Below, piece by piece: positions 9,267 through 17,500 of a DNA stretch of 32,000 nucleotides (position 1 is the first letter of the stretch; each line of letters starts with the position of its first letter). A program made the position numbers and the translations under genes. Source of the DNA: Mycolicibacterium smegmatis (GTDB taxonomy: Bacteria > Actinomycetota > Actinomycetes > Mycobacteriales > Mycobacteriaceae); assembly GCF_001457595.1 (NCBI RefSeq), contig NZ_LN831039.1:270001-302000 (forward strand), given 5' to 3'. The notes beneath the pieces were generated by a model that had not been told where the DNA came from, did no database searches, and saw nothing but the letters and a program-made list of their open reading frames with translations.

Positions 9267-9952
9267 GGAACCGGTTGCGCGTGCTGGCCTTCGACGTCGC
9301 CGCCCCGCTGGCCGCGATCGCCGCGCTGGTCTATCTGGGCGCGGCCCTCGGCTGGCCGACGTGGTGGGTGTCGGTGTGCTCGATCCTGTGCCTGCTGATC
9401 GTGCAGGGCGTGGTGGTCAACGTGGTGCTGGCCTGCCGCGACGGCGTGACGCTCGGCACCGACGACGACGGGCCCGGGCTGCGGCTCGCGGTGGTCGGCG
9501 TCGCCACGGCCGCGCTGGTGGCAGCCGTGGTGGTCGGCTATCTCCGCTGGACCGCTCCCGACGACGAGTTCAACCGCGACCGCGAACAGGTGGTGCGCAT
9601 CGCCAGCAGCGTCGCCGAAGCCACCGCGACGTTCACCCCGCAGAGCCCGACGGCATCGATCGACCGGGCCGCCGCGCAGATGGCGCCCGATCGTGCCGAG
9701 GCGTTCAAGAACGAATTCGCCACGGTGGCAAAGGACCTCACCAGCCGCAACGTCTCGGCACAGGCCAGCACGGTCTCGGCCGGTGTCGAGGCGCTCGGAC
9801 CGCGGGCCGCCAGTGTCGCCGTCGTCCTGCGCGGTACGCAGAGCGTGCCGGGCAAGCCCACGGACAACGCCGTGCTGGCGCTGCGGGTCACGCTCACCAA
9901 GTCCGACGGCCGCTGGCTCGTCGACGACGTACGCCCGGCCCACTCCCGCTGA
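9263..9952 (+). CDS. omamB: Mce-associated membrane protein (Rv0200/OmamB-like)
   Basis: MRNRLRVLAFDVAAPLAAIAALVYLG... with 3 TM segments followed by a Mam-type soluble domain (...VLALRVTLTKSDGRWLVDDV). Its ATG (9263) overlaps the omamA stop (ATGA), indicating translational coupling. The upstream 134 codons of the track ORF are off-frame over omamA. Confidence 0.7.
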   Translation: MRNRLRVLAFDVAAPLAAIAALVYLGAALGWPTWWVSVCSILCLLIVQGVVVNVVLACRDGVTLGTDDDGPGLRLAVVGVATAALVAAVVVGYLRWTAPDDEFNRDREQVVRIASSVAEATATFTPQSPTASIDRAAAQMAPDRAEAFKNEFATVAKDLTSRNVSAQASTVSAGVEALGPRAASVAVVLRGTQSVPGKPTDNAVLALRVTLTKSDGRWLVDDVRPAHSR

Positions 9953-9971
9953 GCACTCCCGCTAACTCGCG

Positions 9972-10442
9972 CTAGTAGGCCTTCTTGGGCCTGCGGGAGT
10001 CGATCACGCCGGTGTTGAACCCGGCGAGGTGCAGGCCGCCGGCGAACCGGGCGTGCTCGATCTTCATGCAGCGGTCCTGCACCACCTGCAGCCCGGCGGC
10101 CTCGCCGTCACGGACCACCTCGTCGTGGCGCAGCCCGAGCTGCAGCCACAGGGTCTTGGCGCCCACCGCGATGGTCTCCTTGAGCACATCGGGCAGGTCG
10201 TCACGCCGACGGAACACGTCGACCAGATCGGGCACCACGGGCAGCTCGGACAGGCTGGGGTACACCGGTGTGCCCTCGATCTCCTTGATCGTGGGGTTCA
10301 CCAGGTAGATGTCGTAGTCGCCGGTCGACTTGAGGTAGGTCCACACGAAGTAGCTCGCGCGCGACGTGTTGGCCGAGGCGCCCACGATGGCCACCGAGCG
10401 GGTCTCGCGCAGGATGCGCTGGCGGGTCAGGGCGTCAGTCAT
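9972..10442 (-). CDS. CoA-binding domain protein (YccU/YneT family)
   Basis: 156 aa with the SVAIVGASANTSRASYFV Rossmann-like CoA-binding signature and ...KTLWLQLG... Its start overlaps the upstream metY stop by 8 nt (ATGACTGA). Confidence 0.8.
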   Translation of the reverse strand: MTDALTRQRILRETRSVAIVGASANTSRASYFVWTYLKSTGDYDIYLVNPTIKEIEGTPVYPSLSELPVVPDLVDVFRRRDDLPDVLKETIAVGAKTLWLQLGLRHDEVVRDGEAAGLQVVQDRCMKIEHARFAGGLHLAGFNTGVIDSRRPKKAY

Positions 10443-11730
10443 CGGCTTTCTCCGCTTGTGTCAGTGCCTGGTCGAGATCCCAGATGATGTCCTCGACGTC
10501 CTCGATGCCCACGCTGATGCGGATGAGCTCGGGGCCGACGCCGCCCGCGGTGAGCTGCTCGTCGGTGAGCTGGCGGTGTGTCGTGCTGGCGGGGTGCACC
10601 ACGAGCGTGCGCACGTCGCCGATGTTGGCCAGGTGGCTCGCGAGTTGCACGGAGTTGATGAACTTCTCGCCCGCGGCGCGGCCACCCTTGACGCCGAACG
10701 CGAACACCGCGCCGGGGCCGTCGGGCAGGTAGTGCCTGGCCCGGTCGTGATGCGGATGCGACGGCAGCCCGGCCCAGCGGACGTACGTCACGCGCGGATC
10801 GGCCTCGAGCCACTCGGCGACCGCGCGCGCGTTGGCGATGTGGGCGGCCATGCGCTGCGGTAGCGTCTGCACGCCCTGTAGGAGCTGGAAGGCCGACTGC
10901 GGGGCCAGCGTGGCACCCAGATCACGCAGCTGCTCGCTGCGCAGCTTGGTCAGGAACCCGAACTCGCCGAAGTTGCCCCACCAGCTCAGCCCGCCGTAGG
11001 ACGCGACAGGCTCGGTCATCTGCGGGAATTTTCCTGCGCCCCAGTCGAATCGGCCCGCGTCGACCGCGACGCCGCCGAGCGTGGTGCCGTGCCCGCCGAT
11101 GAACTTGGTGGCCGAGTGCACGACGATGTCCGCGCCGTGCTCGATCGGACGGCACAGGGCAGGCGTGGCGACCGTGCTGTCGACGATCAGCGGAACCCCG
11201 GCGTCCCTGGCGACCTCGGCCAGACCTGCGAGGTCGGCGATCTCACCGGACGGATTGGAGATCACCTCGGCGTAGATCAGCCGGGTGCGGTCGGTGACCG
11301 CTGCGGCGTAGTCGGCCGGGTCGGTGCCGCCCACGAACGTGGTGTCGATGCCGAACCGGCGCAGCGAGACGTCGAGCTGCGTGACGGTGCCGCCGTAGAG
11401 GCTCGCGGCCGACACGATGTGGTCGCCTGCGCCCGCGAGCGCGGCGAACACCGCGAACTGCGCGGACAGACCGCTGGCCGTGGCCACCGCACCCAGCCCG
11501 TTCTCCAGGCTTGCGATGCACTCTTCGAAGGCTGCGACGGTGGGGTTGCCGATCCGGCTGTAGATGTTGCCGTACTTCTGCAGTGCGAACAGGTTGGCCG
11601 CGTCGTCGGTGTCGTTGAAGACGAAGCTGGCGTTGGCGTAGATCGGCGTCACCCGTGCACCGGTGGCAGCATCCGGACGTTGTCCGGCGTGTATGGCGCG
11701 GGTGGCCAGGCCGAAGGTTCGGTCAGTCAC
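10435..11730 (-). CDS. metY: O-acetylhomoserine (thiol)-lyase / sulfhydrylase, PLP-dependent (Cys/Met metabolism family)
   Basis: 431 aa. FGLATRAIHAGQ...TPIYANASFVF...YSRIGNPT..., the PLP-lysine motif VVHSATKFIGGHGT, and the C-terminal IRISVGIEDVEDIIWDLDQAL. GTG start at 11730. Confidence 0.9.
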   Translation of the reverse strand: MTDRTFGLATRAIHAGQRPDAATGARVTPIYANASFVFNDTDDAANLFALQKYGNIYSRIGNPTVAAFEECIASLENGLGAVATASGLSAQFAVFAALAGAGDHIVSAASLYGGTVTQLDVSLRRFGIDTTFVGGTDPADYAAAVTDRTRLIYAEVISNPSGEIADLAGLAEVARDAGVPLIVDSTVATPALCRPIEHGADIVVHSATKFIGGHGTTLGGVAVDAGRFDWGAGKFPQMTEPVASYGGLSWWGNFGEFGFLTKLRSEQLRDLGATLAPQSAFQLLQGVQTLPQRMAAHIANARAVAEWLEADPRVTYVRWAGLPSHPHHDRARHYLPDGPGAVFAFGVKGGRAAGEKFINSVQLASHLANIGDVRTLVVHPASTTHRQLTDEQLTAGGVGPELIRISVGIEDVEDIIWDLDQALTQAEKADD

Positions 11731-11805
11731 GAGTAGCCATCAGTACCCGTGGCGTGGGTGTGAGTCAAGCCATCCGCTCGGCCAGAACCGAATCCGCCTG
11801 CCGGA

Positions 11806-12369
11806 TCACTTGCCGCTGCGCTGCGCGGCGATCTTCGCGAACCGGTCCGACAACCGCTGCATCCGCAGCAGCAGCGACGCACGGGGGCTCACACTGCCCT
11901 CCAGATACGTCGCGAACTCTTCGTTGGACACCCCGACGCGCGAGGCGAATTCCGGCGGCGCGAGCTTCGACCGGCGCAGCATGGCCTGGATCTGCTTGGC
12001 CACCTCGGCGCGTTCAGACGCCTCGAGGTGGTCGCGGGTGCGCACGAGAACTTCCGACAGGGCTTTCGAGACGCCGTAGGGCCGGGCGGTCTCCAGGACC
12101 TCCTCGACCTGACGGGCGGTGCGGCCGTACGGGTCCCGTTTGATCGCAGCGACGATGCGCTGCCACACCGTCAGATCGTCGGTCTCCAGTGCCGCGCGGA
12201 TCGCCGCGGTGGGCCAGTACTCGACCGGGCGGTCGTCGAACTGTCGCTGGGGACCGCGCGCTGCGCCGCGGGCGGGAGCCTGGGGATCCCGCGGGCGCAC
12301 CGCTGCCGGGCGCGGCCCTTGGTTCCGTTGGCCGGGGGATCGGTTCGAGGGCGGTTGTATGGGCGACAT
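11806..12369 (-). CDS. Conserved hypothetical protein with a disordered basic N-terminus and a C-terminal XRE-like helix-turn-helix (positional equivalent of Rv0201c)
   Basis: MSPIQPPSNRSPGQRNQGPRP... followed by a helical domain and ...LAPPEFASRVGVSNEEFATYLEGSVSPRASLLLRMQRL, which resembles an HTH_XRE fold. The ATG at 12369 was chosen because the longer track ORF would overlap the mmpL11 3' end. Function unknown. Confidence 0.55.
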   Translation of the reverse strand: MSPIQPPSNRSPGQRNQGPRPAAVRPRDPQAPARGAARGPQRQFDDRPVEYWPTAAIRAALETDDLTVWQRIVAAIKRDPYGRTARQVEEVLETARPYGVSKALSEVLVRTRDHLEASERAEVAKQIQAMLRRSKLAPPEFASRVGVSNEEFATYLEGSVSPRASLLLRMQRLSDRFAKIAAQRSGK

Positions 12370-12416
12370 GTCTTTGCGACGCGCGTCCCGCATGTCCCGA
12401 ACGTCGGGGGCCAACG

Positions 12417-15281
12417 TCACTTCGCCTCCTCCAGCATTGCTACCGCGACCGACAGGCAACGCTGCCTGACCTTTTCCCAATCCTCAGCCGCGTCGGGACC
12501 CGACATTCGGACATCGTGTTCGTCGGACGGCTGCGGGTCGGCCAGCCGGCGCACCAGCTGCGTGGCCACCCACCGGTTGCTTGGGTCTCGCCCACAGTAA
12601 TACCGGTCCATGCTCGCCAGCACCAGAGCTGCCGTATGAGAATCCATCAAATCCACCAGACGTGCGAAATCCTCGAAGTCCTTGGTGGTGTTGCGGCACA
12701 TGATCAGATAACCCGCCAGCCGCAGGGTCTCGGCGCCCGTGGGGATCTGCAGCCGATCGCCCGTGGGCAACTGGACGTTGGTGGTCTCGACCGGCCCGCG
12801 CCGTTCCACCGGGGCCTGTTCGGTGTCGGCCTCGGTCTGCAGGGCGTCGACGGCCACCGACAACCTGCCGCGCCACATCGTCACGGGGTGCAGCCCCGGG
12901 GTGTGGGCCTTGGGCCTGCCCGCCCGCTGCGTCGACAGGCGGGTGGTGGGCCGGGTGCAGCCGCTGAAGGCCAGCGGGTCGGCGACACTGATCGTCTGTG
13001 GGGCAAGGGTTTTCATGCGTGCCGCGGTGCGCACCATGGTGCGCAGGTCGCTGCCGCTCGGTCCGAGCGCGGCGATGTTGTCGGGGATGATGACCAGGTC
13101 GGTCACCTCGATCTTGGGCAGCGGCTTCTCGAAATCCACCTCGGGCAGGATCTTGTCGAGCCAGCGCGGCAGCCACCAGTTCCACTGGTCGAACATCGCC
13201 ATGAGCGCCGGCACCAGCACGAGCCGCACCACCGTCGCGTCGACCGCGATCGCCACCGCGCACGCGACGCCGAGCTGGGCCACCAGGGGCATGCCGGCGA
13301 ACGCGAAGCCGATGAACACCGCGATCATGATCAGTGCCGCGCTGGTGATGGTGCGGGCGCTGGTGCTCACGCCGTACGCGACGGCGTCACGCGTGCTGTT
13401 GGTCTGCAGGAACCGTTCCCGGATCCGGGTGAGCAGAAAGATCTCGTAGTCCATCGACAGACCGAAGGTCATGGCGAGGACCAGCGGCGGGATCGTGCTG
13501 TCCAGGGAGCTGATCCTGGGAAAGCCCAGCTGTTCGAGCCAGCCCCACTGGAAGACCACGACCAGGCTGCCGTACGCCGCGGCCACCGACAGCACGGTCA
13601 TCAGCACGCCCTTGAAGGCCAGCACCACCGAGCGGATCGACACCAGCAGCATGACGAACGCGATCAGCGCGACGAACACGAACACCAGCGGCTGGGTGGC
13701 CGACACCCGGTCGTCGAAGTCCTTGATCAGGGCCGTGGGGCCGCCCACGTCGATCGTGGCGTTCTGGCCTGCCACGCCGGGCAGTTTGGCGCGCATCCAG
13801 TCGATGGCCTCGCGCGCGGCCATGTCCTCGGGATCCACCGACAGCACCGCCGAGAGCAGGGCGCTGTCGTTGTCGTCGGACACCACCGGCGGCTGCACCG
13901 AGACGACGCTGGGCGCCTTGGTCATCTGCTGGCGCACGGCCTCGATGGTGGTGGTCGCCGCTTGACTTGACGCGTCGCCCTCGCCCGGGAACGTCACCAG
14001 CACGCGGATGGGGCCGAGCGCGCCCGGACCGAGCGCGTCCGCGGCCGCGTTGACGCCGCCGCGGATCTCGTGGGTGGGATCGAACTGGCGCTGCATGCTG
14101 TTGCCCAGCACCATGTTGAACGCGGGTGCGGCCAGCACCAACAGCAGGATGGCCGCCGCGATCGCCGACGCCCACGGCCTGCGCATCACCGCGCCGGTCC
14201 AGCGCGTCCAGAACCGCGACTGCGTCGCCTCGGCCCGCCGCGACCAGTGCAGGTAGGACGACCGTTTGGCCGCGGCCTTGCCGAACGTCGCCAGCACGGC
14301 GGGCGTGAGCGTCGTCGAGGTCAGCACCGCGACCGCGACCGCGAGGATCGCGCCGGTGGCCATCGACACCAGCACCGGGGTGTTGATGAGGTAGATGCCG
14401 GTGACCGAGGCGATCACGGTCAAACCCGACAGCGCCACGGCGAGCCCCGACGTGGCCATCGCGGCGTCGATCGCATCCTGCTGATCGCGGCCCGCGCGCA
14501 GTTCCTCGCGGAACCGCATCAGGATGAACAGTGAGTAGTCGATCGCCACCGCGATGCCGAACATCGACACCGTCGACGTCACGAACACGCTCATCGTCGT
14601 GAACATCGACAGCAGATAGACCAGGCCCATGGTCACCACGACCGTGCACACACCCAGCACGAGCGGCAGGGCCGCGGCGGCCAGTGACCCGAACACCGCG
14701 AGCAGCACGATCAGGACGATCGGCATGTTCCACTTCTCGGCCGCGGCGATATCGTGCTTGGTGGCCTGCGTCGCCGCGGCGCCCAGCGCGCCCTGACCGA
14801 TGACGTAGAACTTGACCTTGCCGTTCTGGCTCTCGCCGGGTTCCTCGCCCTGGATGCCGACCTTCTGGCGCAGTTGTTTGGCGACGTCGACCGCGCCGGT
14901 GTTGTTGAAGTCGAGTTGCAGCGTGATCACATACGGCCGGTCGGGCTGCGGCGCCGGTTGCTGCGGATTGGGGACGATCTTGACGCTGGGCACCTCGGCC
15001 GCGAGCTTCTCGAGATGGACGACGGCGGCGTTCATGTCCTCGTACGACGCGTCGGCCCGCGGTGCGGCCACCAGCGCAAGCGGTGATGCGCCCTGGTCGG
15101 GGAAGTGCTCCTCGAGCTGTCGCTGCACGTGCAGCGACTGGGAACCCTCGACCTCGAACCCGCCGCCGGTGAGGTTCGACGACTGGTTGAGAGCGAGGTA
15201 GATCGACGGCACCAGGAGCAGCAACCACGTCGCGAACACCGCCCAGCGGAACCTGCGCAAAGTGCTGCTCAAGCGCATCAT
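12417..15281 (-). CDS. mmpL11: RND-superfamily MmpL transporter MmpL11 (Rv0202c orthologue)
   Basis: 954 aa from the ATG at 15281 (MMRLSSTLRRFRWAVFATWLLLLVPSIYLALNQSSNLTGGGFEVEGSQS...). 12 TM segments, two periplasmic loops, MmpL signature blocks (AIDYSLFILMRFREE, GLSMDYEIFLLTRIRE) and a roughly 250-aa cytoplasmic C-terminal domain. Its position next to the Rv0203-like hemophore matches Mtb. Confidence 0.9.
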   Translation of the reverse strand: MMRLSSTLRRFRWAVFATWLLLLVPSIYLALNQSSNLTGGGFEVEGSQSLHVQRQLEEHFPDQGASPLALVAAPRADASYEDMNAAVVHLEKLAAEVPSVKIVPNPQQPAPQPDRPYVITLQLDFNNTGAVDVAKQLRQKVGIQGEEPGESQNGKVKFYVIGQGALGAAATQATKHDIAAAEKWNMPIVLIVLLAVFGSLAAAALPLVLGVCTVVVTMGLVYLLSMFTTMSVFVTSTVSMFGIAVAIDYSLFILMRFREELRAGRDQQDAIDAAMATSGLAVALSGLTVIASVTGIYLINTPVLVSMATGAILAVAVAVLTSTTLTPAVLATFGKAAAKRSSYLHWSRRAEATQSRFWTRWTGAVMRRPWASAIAAAILLLVLAAPAFNMVLGNSMQRQFDPTHEIRGGVNAAADALGPGALGPIRVLVTFPGEGDASSQAATTTIEAVRQQMTKAPSVVSVQPPVVSDDNDSALLSAVLSVDPEDMAAREAIDWMRAKLPGVAGQNATIDVGGPTALIKDFDDRVSATQPLVFVFVALIAFVMLLVSIRSVVLAFKGVLMTVLSVAAAYGSLVVVFQWGWLEQLGFPRISSLDSTIPPLVLAMTFGLSMDYEIFLLTRIRERFLQTNSTRDAVAYGVSTSARTITSAALIMIAVFIGFAFAGMPLVAQLGVACAVAIAVDATVVRLVLVPALMAMFDQWNWWLPRWLDKILPEVDFEKPLPKIEVTDLVIIPDNIAALGPSGSDLRTMVRTAARMKTLAPQTISVADPLAFSGCTRPTTRLSTQRAGRPKAHTPGLHPVTMWRGRLSVAVDALQTEADTEQAPVERRGPVETTNVQLPTGDRLQIPTGAETLRLAGYLIMCRNTTKDFEDFARLVDLMDSHTAALVLASMDRYYCGRDPSNRWVATQLVRRLADPQPSDEHDVRMSGPDAAEDWEKVRQRCLSVAVAMLEEAK

Positions 15282-15557
15282 GAACTGCTGGATGCGAAGT
15301 CCCCGCTTTCTCTCCGGCAGGCTCGGTGTCCTGATATCCCTGGCGTGTCTGAGCGTGAGCGTACCTGCACACGGGTACCGTGGCGGGCCACTCATTCGTT
15401 CTGTTATCGACCACACCCGTCCTGGCCGTTACCGGCCGCGGTTAACGAATCCGGCGGCCCTGGCGACATAGATGGCAGGATTTCCCCGGCGGCGATGTAC
15501 GCATCGGATCCGCCGGGGGTCGGACAGGTCACCGATCGCAACGTTTTGTTCGTTCAC

Positions 15558-15590
15558 TTCGTTTGCGAGGGGTAGACGATCGCGAACGAA
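15558..15590. promoter_or_regulatory. 11-bp inverted repeat abutting the Shine-Dalgarno of the first hemophore gene (candidate operator or 5'-UTR hairpin)
   Basis: TTCGTTTGCGA (15558-15568) versus the reverse complement of TCGCGAACGAA (15580-15590) matches at 10 of 11 positions, with an 11-nt spacer. GAAGGAG (15589-15595) follows, and the ATG is at 15603. An extra TTCGTT copy lies at 15549-15554. Confidence 0.4.
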
Positions 15591-15602
15591 GGAGCTCGTT
15601 GC

Positions 15603-16184
15603 ATGAAGGCCGCCATCACCGGGGCAATCTTTGGGGCCAAGCACGATCTGCGGCGCACGCTGGGAACGGTGTTCGTGGCGACCGCCGTGGGCGGCGCGGC
15701 GACCGCCGCGCTGCTCGGCCCGTCGGCCACGGCCGCGACCGACCCCTGCGCGGCCAGTGAGGTCGCACGCACGGTCGGCAAGGTGGCCACCGACACCGGC
15801 GACTATCTCGACGAGAACCCGCAGACCAACCAGGCTCTGACCACCATCAGCAAGCAGCAGGCCGGGCCCGCGACCCTCGCGTCGATCAAGACCTATCTGG
15901 ACGCCAACCCACAGGTCGCCAAGGACCTGCAGCGGTTGCAGCAGCCGCTGACCGCCCTGGGCACCAAGTGCCAGTTGCCTGTGACGCTGCCCCAGCTCCT
16001 CGGTCTCGTGCAGGCCGCGCAGCAGCAGGGTACGGCAGCCGCCGGAAGTTTGCCAGGAGGCCTGACGTCGCCTCAGATCGCGGGGGTGCCAGGTGTGGTC
16101 GGACCCGCACAGCGGACGCCCATCTCGCCGGTCTCACAGGGCTCCGGGCCACTTCCCGGCCCTGCTGTCACGTCCACACGCTGA
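15603..16184 (+). CDS. Secreted heme-binding protein / hemophore (Rv0203 orthologue) with an added Pro/Gly-rich C-terminal tail
   Basis: Signal peptide, then DPCAASEVARTVGKVATDTGDYLDENPQTNQALTTISKQQAGPATLASIKTYLDANPQVAKDLQRLQQPLTALGTKCQLP. This aligns residue-for-residue with my recollection of Mtb Rv0203 (DPCAASEVARTVGSVAKSMGDYLDSHPETNQ...). Confidence 0.85.
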   Translation: MKAAITGAIFGAKHDLRRTLGTVFVATAVGGAATAALLGPSATAATDPCAASEVARTVGKVATDTGDYLDENPQTNQALTTISKQQAGPATLASIKTYLDANPQVAKDLQRLQQPLTALGTKCQLPVTLPQLLGLVQAAQQQGTAAAGSLPGGLTSPQIAGVPGVVGPAQRTPISPVSQGSGPLPGPAVTSTR

Positions 16185-16347
16185 CCGCCGACGCTCCGCG
16201 TCGCCTACCTGAGGCGCGCTGAGCTGCAATTTCGATGCATTGCGACACTGGTTTGAGTGCAAGGCAAGAAACTGGACACAGATTCTGCTTAGCTTTTTAC
16301 GCCGATAACCGTTTGGCGTTACGGCCTTCCACTTCCGATGAAGGAGC

Positions 16348-16734
16348 TTGACCATGTTGCTCTCGGCCCAGAATGCGCGGCGAGTGGTTGCTGGCGCGGC
16401 CGGCGCCGGCGCTGTAGCCGGTGCGATGCTGTTCGGTGCTATCCCCTCGGCGCTGGCTGATCCGGCCCCGAACCCGCCCAACTGCACGGCCGCAGACCTG
16501 GCCGGCGTTGCGTCCGGTGTCTCGGCCGGCACCTCGGCCTACCTGTTCACCCACCCACAGGTGAACGACTTCTTCACCAGCCTCGAAGGGTTGCCCCGGG
16601 AAGAGGTGAAGCCCAAGGTTGCCGACTACCTCGCAGCCAACCCGCAGGTGAAGGACGAACTGACCGCGGTGCGCCAGCCCCTTGTCGACCTCAAGAATCG
16701 TTGCGGGACCGCGCCGGCACCTGAATTGCCGTAG
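16348..16734 (+). CDS. Hemophore-related secreted protein (Rv0203-family paralogue)
   Basis: Signal peptide ending ...PSALADP, then [75 protein letters not shown]: the two-Cys mycobacterial hemophore-related fold pattern. An RBS GAAGGAG lies 7 nt upstream. Confidence 0.8.
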   Translation: MTMLLSAQNARRVVAGAAGAGAVAGAMLFGAIPSALADPAPNPPNCTAADLAGVASGVSAGTSAYLFTHPQVNDFFTSLEGLPREEVKPKVADYLAANPQVKDELTAVRQPLVDLKNRCGTAPAPELP

Positions 16735-16739
16735 TCCGC

Positions 16740-17480
16740 GTGCGGGTGGACATGACCCCCGCCAGCGGTGAGGGATCGCGGGCGCCCGAGGGCGTCAATC
16801 GCACGGTCCTCATGGTCGACGACGACCCGGATGTCCGAACCTCGGTGGCGCGCGGCCTGCGCCACTCGGGGTTCGACGTCCGGGTCGCGGCGTCCGGCAA
16901 GGAAGCGCTGCGGCTGCTGTCGACGGAGTCGCACGATGCCCTCGTACTGGACGTGCAGATGCCGGAGCTCGACGGCGTCGCCGTGGTCACCGCGTTGCGG
17001 GCGCTGGGCAACGACATCCCCATCTGTGTGCTGTCGGCACGCGACACCGTCAACGACCGGATCGCCGGTTTGGAGGCAGGTGCCGATGACTACCTGACCA
17101 AACCGTTCGACCTCGGTGAACTGGTGGCCCGGCTGCATGCGCTGCTGCGGCGCGCGAGCCACACCGAGCAGCCGTCCGACACCATGACAGTCGGACCGGT
17201 CACCATCGACACCGCGCGCAGGCTGGTGTTCGTCAGCGGTGAACGCGTCGACCTGACCAAGCGCGAGTTCGACCTGCTGGCGGTGCTCGCCGAGAACGCG
17301 GGCGTGGTGCTGTCCCGGCAGCGGTTGCTGGAGCTGGTGTGGGGCTACGACTTCGACGTCGACACCAACGTGGCCGACGTCTTCATCTCCTATCTGCGGC
17401 GCAAACTCGAACGCGACGGCGTGCCGCGTGTGATCCACACCGTGCGCGGCATCGGGTACGTGCTGCGGGAAGAGCCGTGA
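16740..17480 (+). CDS. OmpR/PhoB-family response regulator (PrrA-like)
   Basis: Receiver domain [25 protein letters not shown]...[13 protein letters not shown]...LSARD...YLTKPF, and a winged-helix output domain ...[15 protein letters not shown]...[10 protein letters not shown]. Start is the GTG at 16740 or the ATG at 16752, only 5-17 nt after the hemophore paralogue stop. Confidence 0.9.
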   Translation: MRVDMTPASGEGSRAPEGVNRTVLMVDDDPDVRTSVARGLRHSGFDVRVAASGKEALRLLSTESHDALVLDVQMPELDGVAVVTALRALGNDIPICVLSARDTVNDRIAGLEAGADDYLTKPFDLGELVARLHALLRRASHTEQPSDTMTVGPVTIDTARRLVFVSGERVDLTKREFDLLAVLAENAGVVLSRQRLLELVWGYDFDVDTNVADVFISYLRRKLERDGVPRVIHTVRGIGYVLREEP

Positions 17481-17500
17481 GCGCCGAGGTCGGGAGCTGA

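Noticed and set aside
11731-11900. Possible SAM-IV (or other SAM) riboswitch upstream of metY, as is common for actinobacterial methionine genes.
   Set aside because: Only about 75 nt separate the metY start from the upstream gene stop. I could not find the conserved SAM-IV core elements (as I recall them, e.g. GGCAACCC...GGUGAUGACC) or a convincing multi-stem fold. A covariance-model scan (Rfam RF00634/RF00162) would settle it.
15353-15383. GTACC-N8-GGTAC inverted repeat in the mmpL11 upstream region.
   Set aside because: The arms are only 5 bp, which is expected by chance in a 320-bp region, and there is no supporting second site.
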